Source: Selaginella moellendorffii
Lineage: Eukaryota; Plantae; Lycopodiophyta
DNA: 64,000 bases
Reading direction: 5' to 3'
Assembly (NCBI RefSeq): GCF_000143415.4
Contig: NW_003314311.1
Location: 1-64,000, forward strand
The notes beneath the pieces were generated by a model. That model was not told where the DNA came from. It saw nothing but the letters and a program-made list of their open reading frames with translations, and did not search any database. Below are positions 42,306-54,309 of this stretch, piece by piece. The translations under genes were made by a program, and so were the position numbers. Each line of letters starts with the position of its first letter. The stretch's first letter is position 1.

Positions 42306-42399
42306 GCGGGAAAAAGTTTAAACTCATCCAACGGCAGCGGAGCAAACTGGAAGAGCCCTAAATCCAACGGCACAGAACAAAATGCCCTAGAGCGGGAAA
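42306..42399. promoter_or_regulatory. Putative bidirectional promoter with two E2F and two MSA-like motifs
   Basis: GCGGGAAA at 42306 and 42392. TCCAACGGC at 42327 and 42363. Confidence 0.5.
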
Positions 42400-42408
42400 T
42401 GCAGATCA

Positions 42409-44460
42409 ATGCGAGCGCGCGGGCGGAGGATCATCCCCTCGATTCGACGCTATCTCTCGACTGAATCTGCGGCGGCGCTGGATCCCGGGCCCGACGATCA
42501 CGACGACGAGGTCGCGGTATTCACCAAGCTGCTAAAATCGTGCACGGGGCAGAGAGATCTCGTGCGAGGGAGGAGCATCCACGACCAGATCCGGCGCAGC
42601 AATCGCAGCAGGAAACGATGCCTCGCGAATTCCATCATGGAGATGTATGGGCGATGCGGCAGCGCGATCGAGGCCAAAGAAGTCTTCGATCAATTGGGGC
42701 TGAGGACAAACCGCTGCTCATGGGCGATTCTCATCGCGGCCTACGCCCAGAATCGGCAAATAGAGGAGGCCGAGCTCCTCTACCAGATGTTCCCTCTGAG
42801 AGATCGAAGATCATCCACCGCGATGATCTCCGGCTACGCGCGTGCTGGGCAAATCGAAAAGGCGCGCGCGATATTCGATGGATTGACGCAGCGTGATTTT
42901 GTGCTGTGGAATGTGATGCTCAAAGGCTATGCCTTTCTCGGCGATCTGGAGGAATCCACGCTGTTCTTCAGCAGAATGGTTTCCAGGGATTGCGCGTCGT
43001 GGACGACGATGCTCACGGTCTACGCTAAGCGCGGGCATTTTGATTCCGCGAAGATGCTCTTTGATGCCATGCCCCAGCGTGACGAGATCGCGTGGAACGC
43101 GATGATAATGGGATTTGCAGCAAATGGCAGCTTAGACGAGGCTAAGTGCCTGTTTAACTTAATGCCCCTGCTGGAGACGCTGACGTGGACGTCCTTGCTC
43201 GCGCCATTTGCCCAAGTCGGGCATCTTGACGAAGCACGTCGGGTGTTTGATTCCATGCCTGAGCGAGATTCCGCTTCTTGGAAGGCAATGCTCGTGGCAT
43301 GTTCTCTGGGTGGGAATATCCAAGAGTGTAAGCATTTCCTTGACAAGTTTCCAATGTTGGATACAAGTGCTTGTAGCATGATGATTTCAACAGGGAATGT
43401 GGAAGATGGTGAGAGCATCTTTTTCTCCATGGAGGAGAAGGATTCCATTGCCTGGAGCGCCATGCTGTGCGGATATGCCCGGGGTGGAGATATTCCCAAA
43501 GCCAAGGCTTTGTTTGACAGGATGCCCACCAGGGATGTGTTCTCCTGGACGGGAATCCTCGCAGCATATTCTCAGGGCGGTGATGTGGACGCTGCTGTGG
43601 TGGCGTTTGATAGGATGCCCATGACGGACGTAGTGGCATGGAACGCTCTGATCGTTGGATTTGGCGGGAGTGGGAAGATCCTGGAATCAAGGGACCTATT
43701 CGAAAAGATTCCCGCCAGGAACCTGCTGACGTGGAACTCACTCCTGCAGGCATATTCTTCGGCTAGTGCGAAATGCCGCAGGGTGTACGACAAGATGCCG
43801 CAGCACGACGCCACGTCGCGCGTGCTGGCCGCCACGTCATACTCAGGAACCAGCGTGGAGATCCTCCACCGGAAGCTCGAGATGCTGGAGAATCTGCCCG
43901 AGGGACATGTGGCGGCATTGAACACGAAGGTCGCGGCATATGCCAAGGCCGGGCAGCTGCGTGACGCCTGGGAAACGTTCGATTCCATCTGCCCGTGCGG
44001 CGTGGTGTCGTACAACGCGATGCTCGCGGCATATACTCTTAACGGCCACCTTTCAGCTGGCCTGAACCTCTTCCACGCCATGAATCTCCAGGGCGTGAGC
44101 CCTAACGACGTGACATTTATGGCCATTCTCATTGGATGCCGCCACAAGGGATTGCTGGAAGAGGGCCGGGACTACTTCGTTTCGATGCTTGGAGATTTTA
44201 ACCTAAATCCTGGGATCGAGCACTACTATGCGATGGTTGATATGCTGGCTCGGGCAAAACAGCTCTGGAGAGCCGAGAGCTTGATAAATTCCATGCCATA
44301 TTTGCCCGATACGTTTGCCTGGACGAATTTGCTGGGAGCTTGTACCACACTAGGGGATTTGGAGCGAGCAAACAGGACTACTGCAAATGCCGTGAAGTTG
44401 GATCCTGGAGTGTCTACTCCTTATGTTCTTCTTTCCAATGTTTATGCCCAAGATAGTTAG
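42409..44460 (+). CDS. PLS-class PPR protein with truncated E domain, no DYW (683 aa)
   Basis: Arg-rich presequence-like N-terminus, short PPR repeats, EHYYAMVDMLARA, PDTFAWTNLLGAC. Confidence 0.95.
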   Translation: MRARGRRIIPSIRRYLSTESAAALDPGPDDHDDEVAVFTKLLKSCTGQRDLVRGRSIHDQIRRSNRSRKRCLANSIMEMYGRCGSAIEAKEVFDQLGLRTNRCSWAILIAAYAQNRQIEEAELLYQMFPLRDRRSSTAMISGYARAGQIEKARAIFDGLTQRDFVLWNVMLKGYAFLGDLEESTLFFSRMVSRDCASWTTMLTVYAKRGHFDSAKMLFDAMPQRDEIAWNAMIMGFAANGSLDEAKCLFNLMPLLETLTWTSLLAPFAQVGHLDEARRVFDSMPERDSASWKAMLVACSLGGNIQECKHFLDKFPMLDTSACSMMISTGNVEDGESIFFSMEEKDSIAWSAMLCGYARGGDIPKAKALFDRMPTRDVFSWTGILAAYSQGGDVDAAVVAFDRMPMTDVVAWNALIVGFGGSGKILESRDLFEKIPARNLLTWNSLLQAYSSASAKCRRVYDKMPQHDATSRVLAATSYSGTSVEILHRKLEMLENLPEGHVAALNTKVAAYAKAGQLRDAWETFDSICPCGVVSYNAMLAAYTLNGHLSAGLNLFHAMNLQGVSPNDVTFMAILIGCRHKGLLEEGRDYFVSMLGDFNLNPGIEHYYAMVDMLARAKQLWRAESLINSMPYLPDTFAWTNLLGACTTLGDLERANRTTANAVKLDPGVSTPYVLLSNVYAQDS

Positions 44461-45258
44461 TTTTACTCGCAGCAAATTTTGAATAAAAATAAAAATAATA
44501 TAAGTATTTAAATATTCATTCTTAAGTTTAAGTTAAAACTATTTGAAGTTATTTTAATTTAAATTTGTCATTAGTGGACACTAGAAGTTTCAAGCACAAT
44601 AGAATGTGGTTGGGCATTTGCACGATGAGAAAATGTTGTGGGGTCAACCATAAGAATATTTTTTTGTGGTAAGTGTGTTGCGTGGCGTCATCTTGTGGTG
44701 CTTGATCTAACCTATAATTATTCCTCCTCTTTTTTTATGTGATGTTGTTGCTGCTGGGAATTTTTGTGATGGTTGTGAACTTGTCACTTTTACATGGACA
44801 CCCAAAGGCCAATTTTAAAGGCCCTAAACAATGTAAAGGTTGTCTAAAGGTCCCGATGCGTCTGCGTGGCGGGGTTTGCGCCGTCGGATCGCAGCGGTGC
44901 CGTACGGGTACGCACTTTTGTTAAAGCCTTTGTTCCTGCCGCGAGGCGCAAATCTCCACTGCGCCCTCGATCGATCGCTATTGGGGTTTTGGATCGATGC
45001 GTCCTCGGCTGTGAAATTTCGGCGCCGGATCGTCGTGCTGTCCCGCGCGATGTGCACGACAGGGGTTTTGGATCTACATTTTCTTGGAGGAGCAAGATTT
45101 TGATCCCTTGCGCGCCGGAGGTAAGCGCCGAGACGATCTCCCGGAGCTAGAGATCGGGAGATTGTCCCTTCTTCCTATTCTTCCTTTCCCCTTGCTCTTC
45201 CTGGCGGGGGAGCAGTGTGATTCTCTTCTCGACTATCGCTCCATCTGGAGCTGGAGCC

Positions 45259-47568
45259 ATGAGAAGGAACAAGGCCGGGGCATCCATCACGTTGCATCCG
45301 CAGCACCACAAGGATTCTAGGGACAGGGAAATCGCCGCGATTTGGAGGCCGACGAGCCTACGCATGAAGCGAGGCGTGAGCGGCGCCCACAGGGGCCCGA
45401 CCACTCCGGTTCCCAGCTGGAAGCTCTACGAGAATCCTTTCTACAGCAATGTGATCCAAGCCGGGGCCAGTGTCTCCGCCAGGAAGCTCGCGGCCAGCTT
45501 GTGGGAGCTCCAGGAGATCCCATTGCCCAGATCGCCGGCGGCATCGCCAGACTCCGCCGCCACAAGCAGCCCACCAGCGGCGCCGCCCAGAAGCTCTGCG
45601 GAATCTCCAAAGTCGAGTCTCTCGCTGCCACCACCTCCGGCAAAGAGGAAATCCTCTCCAGCGATTTCGTCCACGGCTAGCGCTCTGGAGGAAGCTGCCA
45701 AGGTAGAGATCGAATTTTTCCCAGCTTGATGACTCTCCGTTTTCACTCGTAGGTGTGTTTGATCCTGTTTTTTGTGCTGATTTTTCTGGATCAGGTTTGG
45801 TGACACATTGCTCGTTGCGCAGTCTACAGATGGAAATGGAAAAATTGCGCACACGAACAGGCAGCTGGCCGCAATGCAGTCTCACATCAACAGATGCTTG
45901 GACAAGCAAGCGACTGCGGTTAAGAGTTCCATCGCCAAAAGCAACAGCAACAATGCGGTATGTTCCATGGCTCTTTTTTTCCCTTTTTCCCTGCAGTACT
46001 GTTCTTTCCTGCTTGCCACCTTTGGTTTTATCGATGGCTCTTTTTCTTTTTCGTCAGGGGCGGTTTTGTTGTTTGACTTGGATGTGTTCTAGCTAGGCAG
46101 TGTATTAACTTCGTGAGCGTTTTTTTAGAGCGACTCGGCGTCACAAGCATCTCCAGAGACGAAAATTGTTGCCAGCCCCGACGGTTTTTCAGCATCCCCC
46201 GAGCTTCTTGAGCGGTTACACGCCTTGGAAGATCAGCACAGCGGTGCGGCTCTGGCCAGTGTGTTAAGGACGGAACTTGATGTCGCACGTAGCAAAGTCA
46301 AGGAGCTAGAGGGAGCGAACAAATTGGCTCGCAAGGAGATCGAGGCTTTGCTCAAGAAGATAGCGGACGACAAAGCGGGCTCTTTTGGGAAGGAGCAGGA
46401 CAGGGTGAAGCAGGCTTTGCTGTCTGTCAGGGACGAGGCCGATGAAGAGCGCAAGTCGAAACGCAGGATGGAGCTGGCTAACAAGAAGCTGTCGAGAGAG
46501 CTCGGCGAAGCAAAGATGGCGCTCTCGAAGGTACTCCAGGAGCTCGAGAAGGAACGCAAAGCAAGGGAGCTTATGGAGGATGTGTGCGACGAGCTGGCTC
46601 GAGAGATAGGCGAAGACAAGGCAGAAGTTGAAGAGCTCAAGCGCGAGTCGCTGAGAATAAGGCAGGAAGTGGAAGAAGAGCGCCGAATGCTACACATGGC
46701 CGAGGCGTGGCGCGAGGAGCGCGTCCATATGAAGCTGGCCGAGGCGAGAGACGAGATCCAGGAGAAGCTGGACTTGGTGGAGAAGATCAAAGGCAAGCTG
46801 GAGGAGTTTCTGAGAGTGAGGAGGAGAGTCCTGGACGACGGCGACTACGCAAGCCAGCAAGCGGATATCAGGGACGGGGAGATGCTGCGCGCTTCGGTCG
46901 ACAGCTTGCTCTCGCAGGAGCGCGAGAGCCTCAAGCAGCAGTCCGAGACGAGGAGGAGCGAGGAGGTGGAGTCACTGGACGACGATCTCCACTCGATAGA
47001 CCTCACCAAAGACGCAGCCTCGGCCAAGGAGCGAAGGCTGGCCGAGTGGCACAGGCTCAAGACTGACAGGAGAATCTACTGCTCCCCGGAGAGCCGCGGT
47101 GAGATTGGCGACGATGGTGGCAGCGGCAGTAGCAGAAGCACCAGCGGCAGCGGCAGCAGCAGCATCAGCACCGACGGCGAGAGTGGAAGAAGCAGCTTTT
47201 CCCGAGCAAAGAAAGGACCGCCGGCAAAGGTGATAGCCATCGCTCCTCCCGCAAACGGCGGGTCTGGGAGCCTGGGGAGCCTCACCACCAAGTCGATCGG
47301 GAGCAACTTGGGCAGCAGCTTCGATAACAACACCGGCACCACCGCGAGCTCGGAGTTCGATCTCCCGCTCCGGACGCTTGGGCGATCGATTGATAAGCCC
47401 GCCAGCAACAGGATGAGTAACAGCAACAACAGCAACTCGTCGCCGGCGTCGGTGGTGGCCAACGGCAAGAGCCGCAAGCTCAAGAGCCTGGTGGAGTGGA
47501 CGACCAAGGGTGGCGGTGGTCAGCCGGCAAATGGTGGTGGTGGCGTCAAGCACTTCTCCAAAGCTTGA
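45259..47568 (+). CDS. Plant coiled-coil protein, At5g41620/BRANCHLESS TRICHOME-like (about 3 exons)
   Basis: PTTPVPSWKL, VSARKLAASLWEL, ERKARELMEDVCDELAREI, EEERRMLHMAEAWREERVHMKL. Start uncertain. Confidence 0.8.
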
Positions 47569-47795
47569 TATTATTCTTCTTACAGGAATATACAGTGTGC
47601 GAGAAAGTACGGAAAGAAAGTGTAAGAATTTTTGTATCGCCAAGCCCTAAAAGTATATACGATTTTATCAGAATATTCTGTGTTAACGGTATTAAAACTC
47701 TAAACCCTAAAATATCGTACACATTTTTCAAATGTGTACGGTATTAAAGTGGTGTTTTTAGGGTTCTTAGGTTAGGGCAAAGGGGAGGATCGAGG

Positions 47796-48623
47796 ATGAG
47801 CAGGGTGCAGGTAGAGCGGGCCGCGGCGGCGGCGGCGCGCAACGTGAACGCCTACGGGCAGAAGGAGGAGGGGCCGAGCCGATGGCAGGAGCGCAAGGAG
47901 GCCAAGCGCCAGATGTATCTCATGAGCACGGAGCGGCCGGTGACGGTAGACGTTCTGCGCAACAAGGAGAGCGGCGGCGGCGGCAGCAAGCAGCTGACGG
48001 GCCACTGCCAGAAGTGCTTCCAGCGCCACTGGACGTACGAGTGTAAGAACGAGCGCATCTACATGAGCCGTCCCTCGCGCTCCCAGCAGCTCAAAAACCC
48101 CAAGCTCAAGCCCAAGCTCATGGACGCCAGCGAGGTGGTGGAGTTTTTGGGCGAGAAGGAGCGGAAGGAGCAGGACAAGGTGGCCAAGCGCGAGCGGCGG
48201 CGGGAGAAGGAGCGGGAGATGGAGCGGCGGCGGCGGCGCAAGAAGAAGAAGATGGCACGTCGCAGCAAGCGCTACGAGTCGTCGGAGTCGGGGGAGAGCG
48301 ATAGCGATGGCGGCTCTTCCTCTTCCTCGCCCTCTTCGTCTTCCTCCTCGTCTGAGGATGAGAGGAAGCGTCGCCGAGCAAGGAGGAAGAGGAGATCGCC
48401 GCCTCCATCTCCATCGTCGAGCTCTGGCGATGGCTCTTCCTCGCCTTCCTCGTCTTCGTCGTCCGAGGATGAGAAGCCGAGGAGTAGGAAGCGGCGGAGG
48501 AATGCCACCACGTCCGAGTCCGAGAGCTCGGATGAGGACTCGCGTGGCCGGAAGCGCAGCCGCAGCCGCAGCCCGGAGGATGATCGCGCGGCCGAGAAGA
48601 AGGCCGAGAAGAAGCGGAAGTGA
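47796..48623 (+). CDS. ZCCHC10-like zinc-knuckle protein with Arg/Ser-rich tail
   Basis: CQKCFQRHWTYECKNERIYMSRPSRSQQLKNPKL. Confidence 0.85.
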   Translation: MSRVQVERAAAAAARNVNAYGQKEEGPSRWQERKEAKRQMYLMSTERPVTVDVLRNKESGGGGSKQLTGHCQKCFQRHWTYECKNERIYMSRPSRSQQLKNPKLKPKLMDASEVVEFLGEKERKEQDKVAKRERRREKEREMERRRRRKKKKMARRSKRYESSESGESDSDGGSSSSSPSSSSSSSEDERKRRRARRKRRSPPPSPSSSSGDGSSSPSSSSSSEDEKPRSRKRRRNATTSESESSDEDSRGRKRSRSRSPEDDRAAEKKAEKKRK

Positions 48624-48683
48624 CTTGACAACGAGAAGGAAAGCTGCTCCTTGATTTTCTTTGTTGCCTGGTTTGCATGGGGA

Positions 48684-51077
48684 CTAGATGGTGGTGATCA
48701 CGGCGGCTCCACTGGATGGCTTGGACGCGAAGACGTAGAGCCCCAGGGATTCGGGCTTGACGATGCCTTTCTGGATTCGGGAGTTGTAGAAGCCTTCCTG
48801 TAATTGCATGAAAAAATGAAATAAATTGTGTGAGCTCTTAACTTTAAAGTGTGATCTCTATCCACTTGCCTTGAGCGAAAGAATGAAAGCTGGAACCGAT
48901 GCTTCGTGTACCAGGGCCACCACGCAGCCACCCCATCCGGCTCCAGTCAGCCTGGCTCCCAGCGCTCCAGCCGATCGACACACTTGAACGAGTTCCTCAA
49001 GCTCTGGGCAACTGGAATTCACAGAGAAGAGTTAAAAATTCTTCTTTTTGGGACATGTGATGAATGTAAACCTGCACTCGTAGAGTTTGCTGCAGCTAGT
49101 GTGGCTGTCGTTCATGAGCTTTCCAAGCCGTTTCAATGCTTCTTCTTCACTGCCAAAAAAAAAAACAAAAAAAAAGAAGAAGATAAGCTACACTCACATA
49201 GATAACTCAACAAGGACAGTACCCTGCGCCAGATGAAACAGTGTCACGGAAAGCGTACACGCGTTTTGCTTCCGAGTATACGTGCGTTGCTCTCTACACA
49301 CAACCCCAGAAAGGCGTCCGTGATTGGATAAGAAAGAATAATTTTGAGTACCTGGTGAAGCTTGAACTGTTTAGCAACCGAAAGTACAGCTTGGAAGCTC
49401 GAACCCTTCGGGAAAATTGAAGTTAGGGGGTGTTTTAATAGCTCCTCTAGCTCCTCTGTCGTGTATGGATGCTCATGCAACAAGTCCTGATTTATACGAA
49501 CGTAAGGTACAAAAATCTAAAACGCTTTTTTACCTCAATCGCAAGCAACAAGTCGGACGAGTCGCGAGAAGTTGCATACGCCTCGCACAAGCCTTCTACA
49601 TCAGACAGTGTGGACACGGATTTAATCGCCTCGTCTGCTGCCATCCCTAGCTTCACAGCGAGTACAATCTGCAAAAAGGCGTTGGACAATAAAAAAACCG
49701 TGAGAGGAAAACTTTTAACTTACCGCAGCCAAACGGCACTCAACAACTCGATTGTTGTAATTAGTTGCCGCGGTTACAGCCTTGTTAGATTCTGTAAGCG
49801 AGTTCGCAACTACGAAGGTACCACCAGCTGGTAGTACAACGCTTGTGGCTTTGATAGGATTAAAATCGATCAGCATTGCAACGCCTTGTTGTGCCATGAT
49901 CGAAATGGCCTGCAGAGAAAAAAAACCTTCGTGAAAAAATCTGTACAAACGCGCTACTAAATCTACCTGGTCCATGCCACCAGATTGCGTACCAACATGC
50001 CGCTCGCAGGTACAAGCAAATTCTGAGACTTCCTTCTGAAAAACCAAGGACAAACAGTTAGCGTACAGCAGTAACACTTTTCCGGACTAGCAATCTCAGG
50101 CATTTTCAAACCTTGAAAGCACATAATTCGAATAAGGCCAGGAATGCAAGCACTGATGCACACACCAACGCAGACGAGCTGGAAAGGCCTGATCCTGAGC
50201 GCAAGCAAGCAAACACGGTAAAAGAAAGATTGTGGCAACCTTGGTAAACGAAAGATCAAGTGCTGCCATGATAGAAAGTGCAGAGGAGCAAACTAATGCT
50301 GCCGAGCTCGATAATCCGGATCCTGTAATAGATGGACTTTGTATCTCTGTGCTACATACTTGAACTGAAAATGGGAGAATTCTTTACCCATGGGAACAGT
50401 TCCATCGACCAAGATATTAAGGCCCGTGTCTGGTTTACGATGTATCTTTTTTGATTCCAAGTGCTCGAAAACACCTTTGTACCTGTAAGGTAAAGGAAAA
50501 TTGAAGAAAAGCTAGAAAGGCTCTTAAAACAAAAAGTTACATACCCACAAAGAACGTAATTCCCCCATGTATGATTCAATCGATCCACTTCCTGGGACAG
50601 TGACAATGAAACCAAGAACCTTTCTATACCAAAAAAGAAGTCCAACAAACCTGAGATGGATCAACCGAAAAGGAGCACGGCTTAAATTTCTCGTTATCGA
50701 TACTCGCAACGCGCAGAGCCGGCGAGCCATCGCTTTCCGAGGATCTCCCAATCGCGACAATTGTGTCCTGGCGAATTGCCATTGGCAGCACCGAGTAGCC
50801 TTCGTAATCGATGTGCTCGCCGATAAGATTCACTCGACCTGCATTCCCGGGAGCCGCCAATCGCCAATCCAATCCACAAATCGAGCGAAATATCAAGAAA
50901 ACCTGGCGCTCGCGCGTAGAAATCCGGATCGCTGCCATAGATCTCTGCAAACCTCGCCCGGAGCCGCGCGTAGCGAAATCTCGCCTCGTCCAGCAGCGAT
51001 CCATGCCCGTAGACGCTCTCCAAGCTCACTCTCACGGGCACGCGCTCGTCCTCCGCGATGACGCATTGCTGCTCCAT
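48684..51077 (-). CDS. GALK: Galactokinase (GHMP kinase, multi-exon)
   Basis: [60 protein letters not shown]. Confidence 0.95.
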
Positions 51078-51244
51078 AGCTTACTAGCGAACAAGCAAGC
51101 CCTTTTTTTGTCACGGGGGTTTCAAATTATATGGCGGAAAATACCAAGAGAATATTCCGTCATCCCATTAGATTATCTCTAATCCTTCATTGAACTCGAT
51201 CAAAATTAATACAGCACCCCCATTATTATAAACCAATCTTATCT

Positions 51245-53436
51245 TCATTTCTTCGTCGTGCGAGCAGCGCTCATATGATCCTGGAAAGAAAGAAAATCAA
51301 TCACGAAGAAAAAAGAGAGATTTTCTTTTTTCTTACCGAGATGAAGTCGAAAGCTTTGGTTGTCTCCTCCATTCTGGGAAGACTTGCGGAAGCTGACGAA
51401 TATGGATGGCTCGAAAAATCGAACGCGTCGCTCGCAAAGCTCGCTCCCTGAGAGCCAAATCCCATCCCAAATCCGCCCGAGAAATCCTGTTGCTGCTGGA
51501 AGCTATGCTGCTGCGCTGGTGGTGCTTGTCCGAAACCATAGAGTGGTGGTGCTGTTCCTGGATAATGAGCTTGAGCTTGAGGAGCAAAGCGTCTCGCAGC
51601 GTCGAACTTTGCCATGATGAACTCGGCACCCCCGGGAATGCTCGGTGAGACGAAACTTGGTGGAGCTCTACTCAATCCCTGCTGCTGCTGCTGCTGCTGT
51701 GGCTGCGGCTCTAATCCCATAAGCCCGGAGAAATCCTGACCAAATCCTGGATCTAAGTTGGATTGTTGCTGAAAAGATGGAGTGCCTGTGTCCAGAGATC
51801 CCAGTAGATCACTTATGTTCGTGGCTGATGCTGGCTTTTTTGACGGCTCTTCGGCAATGCTGAGGCCCTCGAAGAGGCTGCTTGTTCCGTTAGTTTCGGT
51901 GTTCTCGTGTAAGCCGTCGCCTAGCAAGTCGCCCTGGACTGGTGAGGCTTCTGTTAACGAGCTCAGGATATCCACTTCGTCTTTCTGATGAGTGCTGGAA
52001 TCATCGTCGTTTGTGTCGATCAAATCTGGCATTTCAACTCGCTCCGTGCGTTTTGGTTGGCGACTTCTTGCGTCGTTTGATACCTGAGAGCCCTCCTCGG
52101 TTTCAGTTTGAAGCAAGCCAAGAACCTGGAGATACATCGTTAGTCTCGCAAAAGAAGTTAACAAAAGCATACCTTGTTTGCTTTTTCGCGTAGAGAGCTT
52201 TGTGGCGAATCCATACAGTCGATGACGCTGGCATGGTTTGCCTCAAAACGTTGTGAGACATCTCCAAATGGTTTCACTGCTCTCTGACGTAGCACAGCCT
52301 CAAGAAAACACAAAGTTTTCAAGCGAACCTATCTTGAAACAATTGAATCAGAACAAGAAGGAAAAGTTTACACCAACTTCACCACTTACCTGCCAGGAGT
52401 GAACTTGTAGCTTTTGCTCAAAGGCTTGATGCAGCCTCTGAGGATTCAGCACCTGCGCTGCCAAAAGAAAGGACTGTATCGCTTCGCGGCTTGGTTGAAG
52501 GCGCACACCACCGACACCCGTCACAGTGTCCAGGAGTTTCTCTTCTTGTGTTAAACCGTTGGCGTCTTCAGTCTTCTCGTCCGCTGCCGACTTTGGAGAA
52601 TCCGGCTGCTCGTATGACATCTCCTCAGAAGCTCCTCCTCTGTAAGTCTCCCTGTAAGTATCCCGACTCTCGCTATAAGAATAAGAATCCCGATGGTTAT
52701 CCCGGTACTTAAAGTTGTCTCGCTCCGATACCGATCTACGTAAGTTTGGAGCCTCGTAGCTTCCGGAAGAGCTCTTGCTCTTCGTGCCGTTGCTGCTGCC
52801 AAAGTGACCATAGTGGCTGCTTATCATCGTCAAACCTTGCTTGATAGACGCGGTGCCTATGTCGACCACCTCGCTTAAAAGCGTTTTCTTCTCCTGCGAA
52901 GCTCTAGAATCGAAGTTCGTGTTCCCAAAACCCTCAATCCTTCTGCCGGTTTCCTCCAAAGCCGGTGGTTTCTCGTCGGACGCAAACATGGCAGTGATGG
53001 CCTCGCGAGCAGTCTCACGAACCGCCTTGTTGAGACTGTCACCTCGGAGCGAATCGGGCTGACCTTGATAATGGAACAGCTGCCGTATCGCTGCAGACTG
53101 CCTCTGGATTTCTCTCTTAAACTCGATTCCAGATTTTCCAACTTCGAATTTGATGAATCTCAGTGTCTGCAAGAAACGAATAGACAATGAGAAGAACTGG
53201 AGAGAACAAAGAAAACAACCAAAGCATACCTTTTGCTTCACTAGCGGGCTTTTGTGCTCCAATCTCTTGAAGACATACTCCACCATTTCGTGGACAACGT
53301 CGTGAGGCGCCGAGCGAAGAACTGAGCTGATCTCGTCCAATTTATACACTGGAGCGACCTTATCATCGTCGGTGGTCACTCCATCGATTAACCTAGTCCG
53401 CCTGTATGCTTCGACTGCCCGCCGACTGGATTCCAT
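51245..53436 (-). CDS. MTV1: ENTH/VHS tepsin-like protein (MODIFIED TRANSPORT TO THE VACUOLE 1-like)
   Basis: MESSRRAVEAYRRTRLIDGVTTDDDKVAPVYKL, RIEGFGNTNF, GGVRLQPSRE, C-terminal AFDFIS/DHMSAAR. Confidence 0.88.
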
Positions 53437-53709
53437 AGCTCGGATCGAAAACTTCCTGCGCTGCTAGTTCCCCGGATCCGGAGGATCTCCAATCCAATTC
53501 GAGACCGGGTAGCTCTCACGAATCCCTACCTGGCGCGGCGATCGCGACAATGTGAATTGGAAGACGCACCTCGGGCGCCATTCCTTCGCCAAGAACCCAT
53601 CCCTAAACTCATCGGAGCCGCCATAGCCAAATATTTCACGTGGGATACAAAAGAGGGAACCATGTCATAGTCCAGACCAAACACGTGTCTGCCACGTTAG
53701 CACGCATCA

Positions 53710-54305
53710 TCTATATATATAAAAACGAAGGGCCCGTACCCCCACAGCTGTCCGACCGTGGTTCTTGCCATGGTTTGCAGGAATATCAGCTCAATATTGT
53801 GGTGGCAGCATGCTAGGAAGGGAAGAAGGTGTGGTGACAATTGTTATACCATGCATTCCATGGCTGCTCTATCTATGTTGTGTAAGCAGCACCACAGGCA
53901 GGGCTGGTGAAGGAGTGCATGAGCAATGAAGAGCTGTGCTATGTTTGAATTCTAGAGCTGACCGTAATGGGTGTGGGTGATGCAAGGTATGGATTATGGT
54001 GCACTCATCACATTGACCTTTGCAATAATAGTGGCTACAAGTGAGTGATCCCATTCTTAGGACTCAAACATAAGTATATCAAAATTTTAAGTCTCTATTA
54101 ATCAAGAATAGTTAAATATTTTTAATGTTATTTGTTACCTAACTGAGCATAATTAATACATTTTCATTGATGGCCTTGATGGTACTAGCAAAACAACTCT
54201 TCTTAACATTGTTATAAATGTGTTACAACTAAACAAAATAAATGTTATTAGTAGGAATTGCAAATACTTTACTCTATAATGGGTAAACTTCACACACTAA
54301 TTTTC
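53710..54305 (+). mobile_element. Helitron relic: 5' terminus and PIF1-type helicase fragment
   Basis: A|TCTATATATATAAAA 5' end. 54098-54305 reads LNQE*..IFIDGLDGTSKT..GIANTLLYNG*TSH, i.e. decayed helicase motifs I and Ia. No 3' end found. Confidence 0.7.
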
Positions 54306-54309
54306 ATAA

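Noticed and set aside
43020-48678. Many antisense ORFs over the PPR, coiled-coil and zinc-knuckle genes
   Set aside because: Shadow ORFs of GC-rich coding sequence.
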